Positions 38,470-53,049 of a stretch of DNA of 64,000 nt are shown in pieces (positions within the stretch are counted from its first letter, which is position 1; the number at the start of each line of letters is the position of its first letter). The notes under the pieces were generated by a model. The model did no database searches and was not told the DNA's origin. It was given only the letters and a program-made list of their open reading frames with translations. This DNA is from Octopus bimaculoides. Its lineage: Eukaryota. Position numbers and translations under genes: made by a program. The stretch is from the NCBI RefSeq assembly GCF_001194135.2, contig NC_069002.1, forward strand, positions 13,701,580 through 13,765,579, written 5' to 3'.

Positions 38470-38712
38470 ATGCACCCTTTTAAAGCCTAGCCAGGCTCAT
38501 GGGCCCGGTTTCCCGGTTTCAATGGCGTATGTGTTCCCCAGCTGGACGGGACGCCAGTCCATCGCAGCGTTACTCATTTTTGCCAGCTGAGTAGACTGGT
38601 GCAATATGAAGTGTTTTGCTCAAGAACACAACGCGTCGCCCGGTTAAGGAATTGAAACCACAATTTTACGATCAAGAGCCCAACACCCCTAACCACTAAG
38701 CCACATGCCTCT
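38470..38712 (-). mobile_element. tRNA-derived SINE sharing the family C head, different tail
   Basis: A/B boxes and TTGAGCAAAACAC; related copy at 45650-45920. Confidence 0.6.
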
Positions 38713-40034
38713 ACAGGGTATGATATGATCGACGGAGAACACATATGTGTGTGCGTGCGCGCGGTTTGTTATCTGTAATCTGCGACAGATGTCATTTGAA
38801 TGTTTTCTTTGTTTATGGAATAAAACAGTTTGTGTAGCAACGAAAGCTCCAACCGCGATACGGCGATAAGCAACATAACATACAATGCTGTTCGTTTCTA
38901 TATTTTCACCCTAGAACCCGCTTGAGTATTCCTATCGTTGTTCCTCGTCAATAAAAGCACTGATGAAAGGACTTCTCTAAAAGCTACAGTCAGGGTTGAT
39001 TAAAAAAAATCAGGGGTTACTCAGTGGTGGAGGAACTGGGATCACAAATTTTTACTAATATCAGTTGCTGCAGCTAATGAAAGAGGTTCTACGAGGCTAG
39101 GATTGGTAATCAAATCTTCCTCAGATCAAAATCATCATCAAAGGCGTTCCAGCCATGACTATTCGATTGATAGTGTACTTAGAACTATATAATTCAATCT
39201 ATTCTTATTTTTAAGACGGTATAATATAATTTGAGAAAGATTTGGCTGCTATTTCTACCAGTTCGAGTACTCATTTAAAAATTCCCTCAATGGCTTGTAT
39301 AATTGTTTCGCTTCACCCCGGGTCATCTCTGCTCGAAGACTTCCCAACCTTGACCAAGGAACTACATTAATCAGTGTATCATTTTTTAGTCAACGCAAAA
39401 AGTTTACTGTGTGTGCAAATTTTTATCATTCTTTGCAAAGTGCGCATCTTTGAGAGTAACCATTTTCAATTTGCAGAAATTCTGTTTCATCAAGATAATC
39501 TTGTGTGTGCACATTTCCTTTCTTTATGCACTAGTTGTAAAACGTGTGTGCGTGTAAGGCACACAACTTAGAGTAAACAGTGTTCGTGACTAACTTTTTG
39601 GTGGCCATCTGTTACATCAACGCAGTCTGTTGTCACGACATCTTTTATAAGGATTAAATTTATCTTCATCTATTGATGGCTGTTCCACTGAAACAAGTTC
39701 AGGCAAACTCGTGTCTCCTCATCAAGCTGTGTTATTACGTACGTCATAAACAATGAAATCTGAAGCAGTAGCAGATGGCATTAATCAATGTTTGTTTGAA
39801 ACTTGTTTGCCTATTTCAGAAAATGGGCTTATCAAGATTCGTAAATTTCTTTCGATTAATTTTTTTTTGCTGGAGACATTCGACAGTGGCAATTCTGACA
39901 TTATATAAACTTGAATCAAAGTTAACCATTCTGGGATGGTAAAGTTTTAATGCTTGCCTTATTGTTTGAAAACCCTTTCTGTAGCCCCATTCGATCTGTA
40001 ATGAGATGTTGATGATTTTAAAATATTGATTCGA

Positions 40035-40245
40035 AATGTTGGCACAAGGCCATTAATTTCGGGGAAGGGGGATAAGCCGATTACATCGACTCCAGTGCTC
40101 AACTGGAACTTATTTTATCGACCCCGAAAGGATGATCGGCAAAGTCGACGTCGCCAGAATTTGAACTCAGAAAGTTAAGACGAGCGAAATACTGCTAAGC
40201 ATTTTGTCCAGCGTGCTAACGATTTTACCAGTTCGCCGCCTTAAT
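40035..40245 (-). mobile_element. SINE family A copy
   Basis: Reverse complement of the family A consensus. Confidence 0.7.
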
Positions 40246-40799
40246 GATTCTAATATATTGCAATTTATTAAGCTAAGGAATTGCGTTAAAGTGACAAATT
40301 CAGTGCCATTATGAGATACTAAAATGTTTGGTATGTAACATCTTGAGAATACTCCAACAAACCTGCGCTTTACTGTTTCGGCATATCTGTCAGAACAAAG
40401 CTTCAATCCACGAGGAAAATGAGTCAGCAATTATAAAAATGATTTCAATATATTTTGTCTGAGGCCAATCGATATGAATTATTTCCCGACTTTTGCTAAC
40501 GAGCTAGGTGTTGCAGCTTGCTATTCTTGAATATCGAAATTTTCGACATTCCGAACAGGACCATCTTTGCAGTATTAAAGGACTTTGGAAAAAGTCAATG
40601 CACTGAATCCTGTAGTATTTATTGTCAGTAAGCCACAGAATACATAGGTCAGAATAGGCCCCCTAAACCTTTCATCCTGCAGGCAGATCAACTGGCTGGA
40701 CCCCATAGTATTTATTTATTGACAGCAAACCACAGCATACATAGATCAGACTCAGGCCCCCTACATATTTGTTTCGTAGTTTACAGAATCATTTGGGGG

Positions 40800-41030
40800 A
40801 CATAATTTTCGCAAGCCAGGAGGAAGGCGAAACTGACATTTCAGAGTTCTTCGCTTTGAAACCAAAAGAGTTTTACATTGATGGGATTAAAAAGCTTGTA
40901 AATAGATGAAAGGAAGTCATAGATAATTAGGGAAAGTACATTGATGATTAAATTTCAATTAAATATAACATTTGATCACTTGTTTTCTTTATTCAAAATT
41001 CGGACAGAACTTATGGGATGACCTGATATT
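40800..41030 (+). mobile_element. Mariner 3' end
   Basis: EFFALKPKEFYIDGIKKLVNR*KEVIDN*GKYIDD* followed by a TIR-like GAACTTATGGGATGACCTGATA. Confidence 0.68.
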
Positions 41031-41374
41031 TCATCAAATCATTTTCAACACTGAGGGATGTTTTATTTTTTTCTCTTCATGACTTTATCTTTGCCAACTA
41101 CGCTGTCGATTGGCAACTAATTTCAATAACTCACAACTATCGTCTACTTCACCTCAAAAGTTTACATCTGATAATTATGGACCTGTCAAAATAGTCTTAT
41201 CAATTTTAGTTTTGACCCTGATTTTAGTTTTGAGTGTCAGCCTTGAGATAAAAAGTATTGTTTGGTCATCGAATTATGGGTGTGTGTTCTTTTGTTTACT
41301 CGTTTTTTGTTTTCGCCGTTTGTAATGCAAACGGAAAATCCCCCCCCCCCTTAACAAGCTATCCTATATTGTTA

Positions 41375-41690
41375 GGCGCAGGTATGGCTGCATGATTAAG
41401 AAGTTCGCATTGCAACCACGCAAGCGTTTTCTACTATTGTAGCTTCGAGCTGACTAATGTCTTGCGAGTTAATTTGGGAGACGGAAAGTGTATGGCAGCC
41501 AGTCGCGCGTTTTCATCTGTGCTTGTCCTCCCACCGATTGACAACTGGCATTGGTTTAGTTTATTTATGTCCCCGTAACATAGTGGTTCAGCATAAGAGA
41601 CCAATTGAACAAGGAGCAATTTATTCAACTAAAACCTTTCAAGGCAGTGCCTCACCATGGTCGCTATGCATTGGCTGAAACCAGTAAAAT
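41375..41690 (+). mobile_element. SINE family B copy
   Basis: Diverged family B head and tail. Confidence 0.65.
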
Positions 41691-42812
41691 GTAAAATACA
41701 AAAAATAGCACAGCGAATTAAAAAGTCCTCAATTTTGTTGACCCCGTAAAAATGAATGCAAAATCTACCCCATTGAGGCTACATATTGAAGACGTCTTTT
41801 GCGTGCCGCTCTATCAATTCTGCTCATACACCACCGATAAATAATATTGATTTTTAACATAGGTACCAAGACTGAAATGTTTGGGACTGATATAGCTGAT
41901 TAAATCAATCACTGTATTTGACCGAAACTTATTTTACCGACCCCGAAAGGGAAAAAATAAAAAGGGTAAAGCAGAACTCGACGGGATTTGAACTCGGAAC
42001 ATAAAAGAGCTCAGCTAAATACTGCATTGACTTCCAGTTGGTTTCTTCTATTCTTACCACTCGTTTTATTAACTAACATGTATCGTCTGCTTGCCTCAAA
42101 ATGTTTCGTCTGATAAACTTCGAATCTGTCAAAATGTATTATCAGATTTTTGTGACCCTGAACAACAATATCATTACGCAAGTTTTGAATGTTAACTGGA
42201 GATAAGAATATTGTTTGTACTATTCGATATAATTAAATGTTACTTCGCTATCCAATAATCGTTTTATGTTGTATTCAAACAAAAAGGCGCAACCTTGTCC
42301 TAAATTAGCTTCGTGAATAAAAAGAAAACGGATAAACAAACGGTTTAAAATTTTGCCTTATACTTTATTCATCTTTTTCTTTATGTAGCTATTCTGAAAT
42401 TTATATCGAGAATATTTTCACTTTCTTCCGTTACAGTGCGGTGTCAAAAGTTGTATTTCACTGTAATTAAGTAACAATTTACAAGGTTTTCTTTCTTTCT
42501 TTTTCTTCTGTAAACACTTTCTTTGTAACCCAGTGATTACACGAATAATACTGTTGTTGCTGGTACTAACAGAAATAGGCTTACGTCCGGAGAAAACACA
42601 CATACACAAATATTGTTTCTACTATAGGCACAAAACCTGAAATATTGAGGGAAAGGGCTAGTTGATTACATAGGTCTTAGTGCTCAATTGGGACGTATTT
42701 TATCGACCCTGAAAAGATGAAAGGCAAAGTCGACTTCGAGCAGCATTTGAACTCAGAATGCTGCCAAGCATTTTGTCGAGTAGGGTAACGATTCAACCAG
42801 TTCGCCGCCTTT

Positions 42813-42844
<32 letters not shown>

Positions 42845-43721
42845 GGTCAACCCAATGTGGCGTGCAATCGGAAGGATTCCGGAATCATGTGGTTGCAAAC
42901 CCAACTTCATAACAACACAGCCACGTCTGCATCCAGATTGTCTATATATTGCCTACATTGCGGGAATTTAGTTTTATCGACCCTAAAGCGATTAAAAATA
43001 ACTCTCACCTCCGTCATATTGTGAATTCAAGACACAAAGTGTCGAAATAATTCCATCGGCCTCGACGTAGGTAAGAGTTTGGTCCAAATTTTAAAAAATA
43101 GATTTTAAAAAACTGAGTCAGAAGAATAATGCCTGCTAATTATAACACAGTTATAATTGGGTGTCGAAGTATATGACCTCACAAGTCAAACGTTTGACAG
43201 GAATGTCAACTTAAACAGCTTTTCTAAGTGGACTGCTTGACTTATTACATACACACTTAAATTTCCTTCACTAACACTGCCGTGTGCGTCTGTACCTACG
43301 TGTTCATATACGTTTGTGTATGTGCACATATATGTACGCGAGCCGAGAATTTTATTTATAACCGAAATTGTTCCATTCAAACTCTCACACAGGATACACT
43401 CACACGTGCGCATCACGTACATTTTATACACACACATACAGATCTCACGGCACTGACGAGAGGATCGGATGTTGGTATACATCGCTTGTCACAATATGCT
43501 TCGCATTGTTTTAGCTTTCGAATGATGCCACCCCGCTGGTTAGGCGAGCACATTATATATGTATATATATATTGAACAGAGCCGGTTTCAGCTTATGAGC
43601 TGTGGCCATGCTGGGGCACCGCCATTTAGTGTTGGCTACATAACTTTTACTTCACTAATTCAGTTTGGAACTTGACACATTTATAAGTCCTGGGGTCAAT
43701 TCGCTCGACTAAAAGTGGTAC

Positions 43722-43787
43722 TACATACATACATACATATATATCTATATATATATATATCTATATATATATATCTATATATCTATA

Positions 43788-43870
<83 letters not shown>

Positions 43871-44115
43871 ATATATATGTATGTATGTGTATATAATATA
43901 TATATATATATATACATAAATATACATATATACATACAAATACACATATATATACATATACAAATACATATATATACATATACAAATACATATATACATA
44001 TACAAATACATATATACATATATATGTATATATATGTATACATATATATACATATATGTGTATATATATACATATACAAATACATATATGTGTGCATATA
44101 TATATATATATATAT
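43722..44115. repeat. (TA)n/(TACA)n low-complexity tract
   Basis: Direct reading; abuts an N gap. Confidence 0.9.
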
Positions 44116-44273
44116 NNNNNNNNNNNNNNNNNNNNNNNNNNNNNNNNNNNNNNNNNNNNNNNNNNNNNNNNNNNNNNNNNNNNNNNNNNNNNNNNNNNNN
44201 NNNNNNNNNNNNNNNTACATATACGGCAAATAAGAAAGTGGAGGGGATACAAAATCGACAGACATCAGCCATT

Positions 44274-44593
44274 AAACCTTCCAGTATGTTTATTTATTCC
44301 AATGTGTTTGATGAACACATACACGTTTATTAGTAGTACAGAATATCAAATAGAAAGAGGTGGTAATTGCAAGAACAAAGGTGTAGAATCATATAATCAT
44401 ATAAGAACAGGTGATTAATTATTCATTTGCTCATTTACTCAATCACCTGTTCTTATATGATTATATTCTTCCACACCTTTGTTCTTGCAATTACCACCTC
44501 TTTCTATTTCACATTCTGTACTGCTAATAAACGTGTTTGTGTTCATCAAACACATTGGAATAAATTGGAATAAAGAAACATACTGGAAGGTTT
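44274..44593. repeat. Long inverted repeat (about 145-bp arms, 24-nt loop)
   Basis: 44274-44416 is the reverse complement of 44441-44593 with a few indels and mismatches. Confidence 0.88.
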
Positions 44594-44869
44594 CATTTAA
44601 AAAAATTTTTTTTTTTAGTATGCATACCTTATTAGTATTTCCTCGTAAGCTCTATATACTCCGGGAATGTATTGAAGCCCTTTTCAGGGCTACTTTATTT
44701 GAATTCTTACTATTGGTTAACTAATTCTAACTTCATATTTTGGGTATTCATAACTTATTGGGAGTTCCTAAAAACAAGATCCTGTGCAAGACAGTTTGGT
44801 ATTCTCTGTAAATGTGCAAAAACCGTTTTCAGGGCTACATACTTTGAGAAAAAGAGAGAGGGAGAGGTT

Positions 44870-44883
44870 ATGTATGTATGTAT

Positions 44884-44937
<54 letters not shown>

Positions 44938-45025
44938 NNNNNNNNNNNNNNNNNNNNNNNNNNNNNNNNNNNNNNNNNNNNNNNNNNNNNNNNNNNNNNN
45001 NNNNNNNNNNNNNNNNNNNNNNNNN

Positions 45026-45076
<51 letters not shown>

Positions 45077-45250
45077 CACATTTATATACATATACATATA
45101 TATATATATATACACACACACATACATACACATCCATCTCTGTATGTATGTATATACATATATGTATATGTAGATCTAGTATGTATATATATATATATAA
45201 TATATATATATATATATAAATATATATACATCTATATATGTGTGTGTGTG
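44870..45250. repeat. (TA)n low-complexity tract spanning an N gap
   Basis: Direct reading. Confidence 0.9.
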
Positions 45251-45301
45251 TATCACACACATACATAACCTCTCTCACATACCCACACACCAACACCATT
45301 A

Positions 45302-45332
<31 letters not shown>

Positions 45333-47424
45333 TTCACACACACTAACAAAACTTCACATACACACCACACTTTCTGTCTCGCACACCCCATTAAACACAC
45401 ACACTTGAATTCTTCCGCTTCACGCCGACTTCAAAAGATCCCGTCGCTCCCCCCACTCATTAGTAAAAAAATAATTTTTAACGGAAAGCGACGATCTTGT
45501 TCAGAAACATAAACAGATAGCACGTGGTCTACATTTGACAATTATGATACTTATATTGATTGTTTGCCGAAAATGTTTTGATTCAGCCGACCGTGACTCA
45601 TTCTCTCGTCAATCAGAATTTCTTCGTTTTGAAAGGAAGAAATTGTTATACACCGCTGGTTACAATACGCTTCATCGCATTGTTGTAGCTTTCGAATGAT
45701 GCCACTCCGCTGGATAGGCTGGCAGGACAACATTCCCCTTGAATGGATTGCCAGTCCGTCGAAGGGTTACTAATTTACAGCTAAGTGAACTAGAACATCA
45801 TAAAATGAAGTGATTTGCTTAAGAAAAAAAGACAGCACGCACCGCTGGTCTGTGAATCGAAAGTACGATCTTGATGTCGTGAATACAACGCCCTAATCAC
45901 TTGGTCAAGCGGCTTCACATACATCTTGGTTCAGCAAAGGGACCAATTAAGTTTCAGGGTTTTGAGGAGTGTGGAACCACGTCTCAGCCACTATTGTTCC
46001 CAGGTCTTTCCTAACGAGGAACAGCAGCACCTGTCTGGTTCCTAGTTATGGATTTATTGGCATTTTATGGACGAAACTCCAAGCACAAACCCTAACTGCC
46101 TTGTAAGTGAATTTTTAAAAAAATTTTCAGATTTATATTACATATTTTTGAAGAAACATAATTTCAGATATTTGAAACATAAATCTGAAAGAAATTTTCA
46201 AAAAAGGTAGATATCTATGTATCATACTGAATGTATACACACTATTTGATAGACCAGTTAATGCAGTATTTGTCCTGAGATAATAGCTCTTATAAATGTG
46301 CTGCGTTAAAAATAATAATTATCAGAGAGAAATGAAAATTCGTCCCAGCAGCGGCGAACGCCAGATGTATTTCGGTCTTCTAGGAACTTATTCAATGGTG
46401 CTTACTGGCAGTCAGCCACAAGTACGGACGAAAATTCGTCTGCTTTTATACAGGAAAAAGTGAAGAAAACGTTTGATTTAAAATCCGGTATGTGCAATTA
46501 AGGTATTATTTAATTAGCAATGGTTATTTTAATACTGCCTCAAGTGCGTGTAACGGATTTTCAACAAAGTCAGAACTGGAAAATTACGGAAAAAAAGAGA
46601 AAAAGATGAGGCGAGGTAAATAAAAATGTCCGTCCCATACCTCCTTGCGCAGAATCGTTAGCACGCTGGGCAAAATATTTAGCGGTATGTCGTCCGTCAC
46701 TCGTTTTTGTNNNNNNNNNNNNNNNNNNNNNNNNNNNNNNNNNNNNNNNNNNNNNNNNNNNNNNNNNNNNNNNNNNNNNNNNNNNNNNNNNNNNNNNNNN
46801 NNNNNNNNNNNNNNNNNNNNNNNNNNNNNNNNNNNNNNNNNNNNNNNNNNNNNNNNNNNNNNNNNNNNNNNNNNNNNNNNNNNNNNNNNNNNNNNNNNNN
46901 NNNNNNNNNNNNNNNNNNNNNNNNNNNNNNNNNNNNNNNNNNNNNNNNNNNNNNNNNNNNNNNNNNNNNNNNNNNNNNNNNNNNNNNNNNNNNNNNNNNN
47001 NNNNNNNNNNNNNNNNNNNNNNNNNNNNNNNNNNNNNNNNNNNNNNNNNNNNNNNNNNNNNNNNNNNNNNNNNNNNNNNNNNNNNNNNNNNNNNNNNNNN
47101 NNNNNNNNNNNNNNNNNNNNNNNNNNNNNNNNNNNNNNNNNNNNNNNNNNNNNNNNNNNNNNNNNNNNNNNNNNNNNNNNNNNNNNNNNNNNNNNNNNNN
47201 NNNNNNNNNNNNNNNNNNNNNNNNNNNNNNNNNNNNNNNNNNNNNNNNNNNNNNNNNNNNNNNNNNNNNNNNNNNNNNNNNNNNNNNNNNNNNNNNNNNN
47301 NNNNNNNNNNNNNNNNNNNNNNNNNNNNNNNNNNNNNNNNNNNNNNNNNNNNNNNNNNNNNNNNNNNNNNNNNNNNNNNNNNNNNNNNNNNNNNNNNNNN
47401 NNNNNNNNNNNNNNNACGGAAATA

Positions 47425-48070
47425 TTCTTTTCTACTCTAGGCACAGGGTTCGAAATTTTTGGGGAGGGGGGGCAGTCGATTAGCTCGACCTCAATACGCA
47501 ACTGGTACTTAATTTATCGACCCGGAAAGGATGGAAGGCAAAGTTGATCTCGGTGGAATATGAACTCAAAACATAAAGACAGACGAAATACCGCTAAGCA
47601 TTTCGGCCGGCGTGCTAACGTTTCTGCCAGCTCACCGCCTTTTTAAAACAATTATTTCTACTCTAGGCACATGGCCTTGAAATTTTGGGATTTTTTTGGG
47701 GGGGGGGGCTAGTCGATTACATCAACTCCAGTGCGTAACTGGTACTTATTTCATTGACCCAGAAAGGATGAAATGCAAAGTCGACCTCGGCGGTATTTGA
47801 ACTCAGAGCGCAGCGGCAGACGAAATAATATTTTCGGGAATATTGCATTACATATTATGATTATTATTAATATTAATTTAGCACGCTTGGAGAAATGCTT
47901 AGCGGTATTTCGCTTGTCGCTACGTTCTGAGCTCAAATTTCGCCGAGGTCGACTTTACCTTTCATCCTTTCGAAGACGATAAATTAAGAACCAGTGAAAC
48001 ATTGGGATCGATATAATCGATTAGTCCCCTCCCAACAAATTTGAGGCCTTGTGCTCCAACAGAAAGGATT
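47425..48070. mobile_element. Cluster of three family A SINEs: (-) 47425-47640, (-) 47655-47820, (+) 47890-48070
   Basis: Repeated GTCGACCTCGGCGG..TTTGAACTCAG core in both orientations. Confidence 0.72.
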
Positions 48071-48089
48071 ATTACTATTATTACTAGCA

Positions 48090-48910
48090 GAGATACCCGG
48101 CGTTGTACAGGATTAAAATAGCATAGTTTTTTCTTTTGTTTATCATGTGACTGCGGCCATGCTGTAGTGCCACCTTTAGTCGAACAAATCGACCCTAGGA
48201 TTTATTCTTTGTAAGCCAAGTACTTATTCTATCGGTGTTTTTTGCCGAACCGCTATGTTACAGAGACGTAAACACAGCAACATCGGTTGTCAAGCGATGA
48301 TGGAGGTACACACACACGCACACAAATATACGTATATATACGACAGTCTTCTTTCAGTTTCCGTCTACGAAATCCACTCACAAGGCTTTGGTCGGCCTGA
48401 GGCTACTTATATACATAGATTAAGCACATGTATTAAATGTTAATTTAAGGGTTAATATGTAACTGCAAATACCTTGCAACGTTGCAACTATTACGATAGT
48501 TATTAACTGGTATTTGAACGGTAAATGTGTAAAATAAGTTGGTCTTAAAATTAAAAGTGAAAGTGAAAGAATAAACAGTGAAACTATTAAAAGTGAAGCA
48601 ATATTATATCACATTACAATAGAGATGTTATTGTTTCACTTTTGACACGTAATATCGAAACAGTCTAAGAGAGTTCTCTAGGTTAGCATTAAGCAAGAGG
48701 TTGAAATTTCTTTGGGTCCATGAGACCCATGACACTCCATGGACCCTAAGTAATACATGTGTAAAATTTGAATGAAATCGGTAGGGTAGTTCTCAAGTTT
48801 TAGTGATGCACACATACAGACAAACAAATACATATTCTCACTTTTATATATATACTAGTTGAGATATCCGGCATTGCTCGGGATTAAAATGGCATAGTTT
48901 GTATATGTTG
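48090..48910 (+). mobile_element. Helitron/Helentron-associated non-autonomous element(s), tandem junction
   Basis: TACTAG..GATACCCGGCGTTG termini at about 48083 and 48853; DINE-1-like end GAAATCGG...ACAGACAAACA...TTTTATATATA. Confidence 0.5.
48140..48402 (-). mobile_element. SINE family B, 3' part
   Basis: Reverse complement of the family B tail. Confidence 0.7.
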
Positions 48911-49149
48911 AAACAGGTGATATGGGAAAGTGCAGCATTGACAACAAAACATTTGTGGAGTAAACGATGAGCTAATTCGATTAATCAACATGCTATGCGT
49001 CCGTTTGGAGTATTTCAGGCCTTAACCTGTCATGGAAAATTGGGGGTGGAGGTTCTGTGATTTTTGAACGCACCGAAAGGCTGTCAGTAGATATACTCTC
49101 TTTTGCAGAAGTCTGCGCTTTGTCTAACAAGACCCATCATCTGAAATTT

Positions 49150-49560
49150 TGACACCTCCTTCGAGTTTGATGTCTTACATCACTCATAAAGTAAAGTTGG
49201 AGGAACTGTGGTTGTTCATTTCTGGGTAACAGGGAACCAATGAGGTCGGCGTAAATTCATCTTTAAGTATCTTCTTAGATGCAGTAAACGATGTCATTTG
49301 AAATCCAGAGTTGTATTGTCTGATATTGTTTAAAAAATCCTTTGACTGGATGTAAGTGCCTTCTAGAAGATCCATAAGAGGTTGAGAAAAGAGCTGGTAT
49401 TGCTGGCAATCTTACCTGAGCAGCACATGCCATTTGTTTCATTTGAAAAATTTAAAGCTCTACAGAAAAGTCTATTTGTGTTTAGCACACCAATTTGGAC
49501 AGAGTTATTATTTTTAAAAGAATGGGATGGATATCTGAAAGCAGCTCCAGGAGTTGCGAA
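49150..49560 (-). mobile_element. Helitron Rep N-terminal remnant
   Basis: CRALNFSNETNGMCCSGK and LLEGTYIQSKDFLNNIRQYNSGFQMTSF. Confidence 0.72.
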
Positions 49561-52500
49561 GAACNNNNNNNNNNNNNNNNNNNNNNNNNNNNNNNNNNNN
49601 NNNNNNNNNNNNNNNNNNNNNNNNNNNNNNNNNNNNNNNNNNNNNNNNNNNNNNNNNNNNNNNNNNNNNNNNNNNNNNNNNNNNNNNNNNNNNNNNNNNN
49701 NNNNNNNNNNNNNNNNNNNNNNNNNNNNNNNNNNNNNNNNNNNNNNNNNNNNNNNNNNNNNNNNNNNNNNNNNNNNNNNNNNNNNNNNNNNNNNNNNNNN
49801 NNNNNNNNNNNNNNNNNNNNNNNNNNNNNNNNNNNNNNNNNNNNNNNNNNNNNNNNNNNNNNNNNNNNNNNNNNNNNNNNNNNNNNNNNNNNNNNNNNNN
49901 NNNNNNNNNNNNNNNNNNNNNNNNNNNNNNNNNNNNNNNNNNNNNNNNNNNNNNNNNNNNNNNNNNNNNNNNNNNNNNNNNNNNNNNNNNNNNNNNNNNN
50001 NNNNNNNNNNNNNNNNNNNNNNNNNNNNNNNNNNNNNNNNNNNNNNNNNNNNNNNNNNNNNNNNNNNNNNNNNNNNNNNNNNNNNNNNNNNNNNNNNNNN
50101 NNNNNNNNNNNNNNNNNNNNNNNNNNNNNNNNNNNNNNNNNNNNNNNNNNNNNNNATACATTTATATTTACAGATATATCCAACAAAACTGAAAAATGGA
50201 AAATAATATAATAGGTGTAAAATAATGTGTAGTAAACGAATATGAAAACAAATGCGCGCCGACGAACGTGGGAGAGGAGAGGACTTGGAAAATTCACATC
50301 GAAAATTTATCGATCACGAAAGGATGAAAGGCAGAGTCGACCCCGGCGGTATTTGAACTCAGAACGTATTTTGTCCGGCGCAGTAACGATTCTGCTAGCT
50401 CGCCACCTTACATCAACTTAATAACGACAGTTATTTTATGTAATTCATTATTTTCAAAATCCCGGTGCTTTGCAACAGAAATATGGTAACAAAAGAGTTA
50501 AAGAAATTAAAAATGACAAAAAGAAAAGCGCTAGACACGTACCTCGAATATTAGATGCGTTCATAGGTAAATCCTTGCATAACAAATAATTTTGATGAGA
50601 CAGCGTTCGAGATATAACGTAAGGGTGAATTTCAACGTGTAAATGAGGAAATGTACTGGTGTGCGTGAGCAGAGAAGACAAATTATGAAAGAGATAAGAG
50701 GAGAGAGGTTGTCATGTGTCAGGAAGTGTGTAAGTGTTATGTGTCAGTGAGGTCGTGTTAGTGATGTGTGAGAGGAGGGACAGTGCGTGAGTTTGAAAGA
50801 GAGAGAAGGAAGAAGGCAAATAAAATATGTATAAAAATATAGGGGAAATTCCGAGCATAGTCGAGGAAAGAAAGGATGTGTTATAGGCGAATGCCTATAT
50901 ACATAGTTTATATTATACACGCACGCAGCTAGCTAGATTCACAAGTTTTGGTACATCAGATTATTGAATCGTCAAAACATTTAGATAATCAAGGGGAAAA
51001 AACGACAACATGCTGTCACGTGTACGAAGTATTAAGATAAAAGGTCAATAGCATTAAATTTAGTGAGACCCGATATCTCCGCATGTATCAGTATGTATGT
51101 GTTAGGTACGCGCGCGCTCACACATTGTATATTCTCGTGTGTGTGCGTGTGGTAATCTTTCGTTTTATGATCACAATGTGAAAGTGTGGTACTATTCAGT
51201 GGTAAATTATAGTCTGCATTTTGTGGTTCCCAACGATGCCTGGATGCACACAAACACTTTAGAATGCCACACCTGGACCAAGATAAAAGACAAATATCGC
51301 ACCAGGCACGAGATGTGCAGACCACTGAAGGCAGCCACTTTAAATATGTTAGTTTACTGCCGTCGAAGGTATGTTACGTTTAAGGAGAGGAACAGTCCAC
51401 ACCACTGGTTGACCACAACTGTATGTAGAATAACTATACCCAGTAAATGTGTGTTAGTGTGGTTTTTTGTGTGTCTGTAATAGAGATCACTGTATAGTGG
51501 ATGTAGCTTATGGTAGTCGGGGCTCGAAGTCTCTTAAGCGGCTTGTAATAAAAAGTTTGGGATCCACACATTTTGATAACAATAACTGGTTGTTCTTGTC
51601 TGTCCCCCTCCGAGTTCAAACCTCGCCGAGGTCAACGAAAATATTAAAGACATATCCTCTCTCTTATGTTGGTACAGAGCAACTTATCTATAAAGAGGAC
51701 AAGTTCTCCACTCTTTTACATGTCCGCGTTCATATTTCCCTGGACTTCTTTGGTTTTTGTTTTACCACAGCTCATAATATATTCCCTATACAGTACTAGT
51801 GAATGTTAGATATAGTTATGATGTCTAAGTGGAATGTAAGACATCAATAAATTATTTATTGGTCCTATGTTCCCTTTTCATTTTGGACGCTAGCATTGAG
51901 AGACGAACCTTTTGTGCGAACATAACCATTTGAGAGGTCATCATTTCTAAACTACCCTTTGCTTTATTTTCTGACTTTAAACTCCTGCGACAAAAATTCA
52001 TAATACATCTTTGATTTCTCTTGAACATAGTCTATTTGTTCTTAAATAGCGATGGGTTATTTTGACGTCATTTTGTTTTCCCCCCAAACGCTGGCTATTT
52101 CTCATCTACGCTCTAGATAATCATTATTTGAATACTATATTTTAAGTGTATTAAATCACGTGTAGGTCATGAAACTAATTGTATTTACTGGTTTATTAGC
52201 TGTATCAATGGCATATACTGGAGTTGTGTGCACACTTCTAACAGACTTTGTATTATGGATTTACTGCAAGGCTAGCAGTAGAACTTGATCTTCCTGTTAT
52301 TATAAGACTTAGCACTGTCGTGTCACCGTAGTCTGAATGCTTAGATTGTATCAACAAACCTTCTGACTTTCCTTTAACTGTCTATAGACTACGTGGTGTT
52401 ATTTTCTATTACCGAGTATGCTAAATGCTTTATGGGTTAGAAGTGTCGACCATCACGGTTTAACCGTTTTAATCATCTGTAAAATGCTTGAGATCCGTTT

Positions 52501-53049
52501 CACCGAGATCTCGTAACAAAATTGTTCACTTAAAGAAATTAATTAGTCTCTTTTATTGAGTGCCCCTTCTAAGAATATGCTATGGGTTCTTGGTTACTGT
52601 TTATGCATTTGAAGAGGACGCTTCAGTTTTTGACCTGCTAACTTAGGCACATAATCTTTGAACAATTATATTTAGAATGAGTCCTTATTTTAAAATTTTA
52701 TTTCCGTTCTCTTCTCGTCTTCGTTCCAATTTCCTTAAAAGAAAAGAAGAAAGAAAGACAGAAAGAAAGAAACGATCAAATCTGCAATGAAGATCTTTCT
52801 TCAGCAAACTTCAAGTTTGTTATCTTATTGCAAATTAAACTTCCTGCATAATTACCATCTTACTCTGCGAAAACAATATAACACACGCAGGCACAAAACT
52901 AAGCGTAATTGGTCATTTTCTTATACATCACTTACAAAATTTTCCCTTTTTATAGAATTGATCGGGTGAAGAAGCTGTACCCATAGTTTTTGTAGGTACT
53001 CGGAGAGTAGTAAGATCAATGCGGGTAAATATTCATCTTGAACAATTAC

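Noticed and set aside
43715-45341. Poly-(YI) ORFs on both strands
   Set aside because: Translations of (TA)n microsatellites and N gaps.
51212-51368. Open exon-like segment ending GAAG|gtatgt on the plus strand
   Set aside because: Weak acceptor, no recognisable motif and no partner exons found.
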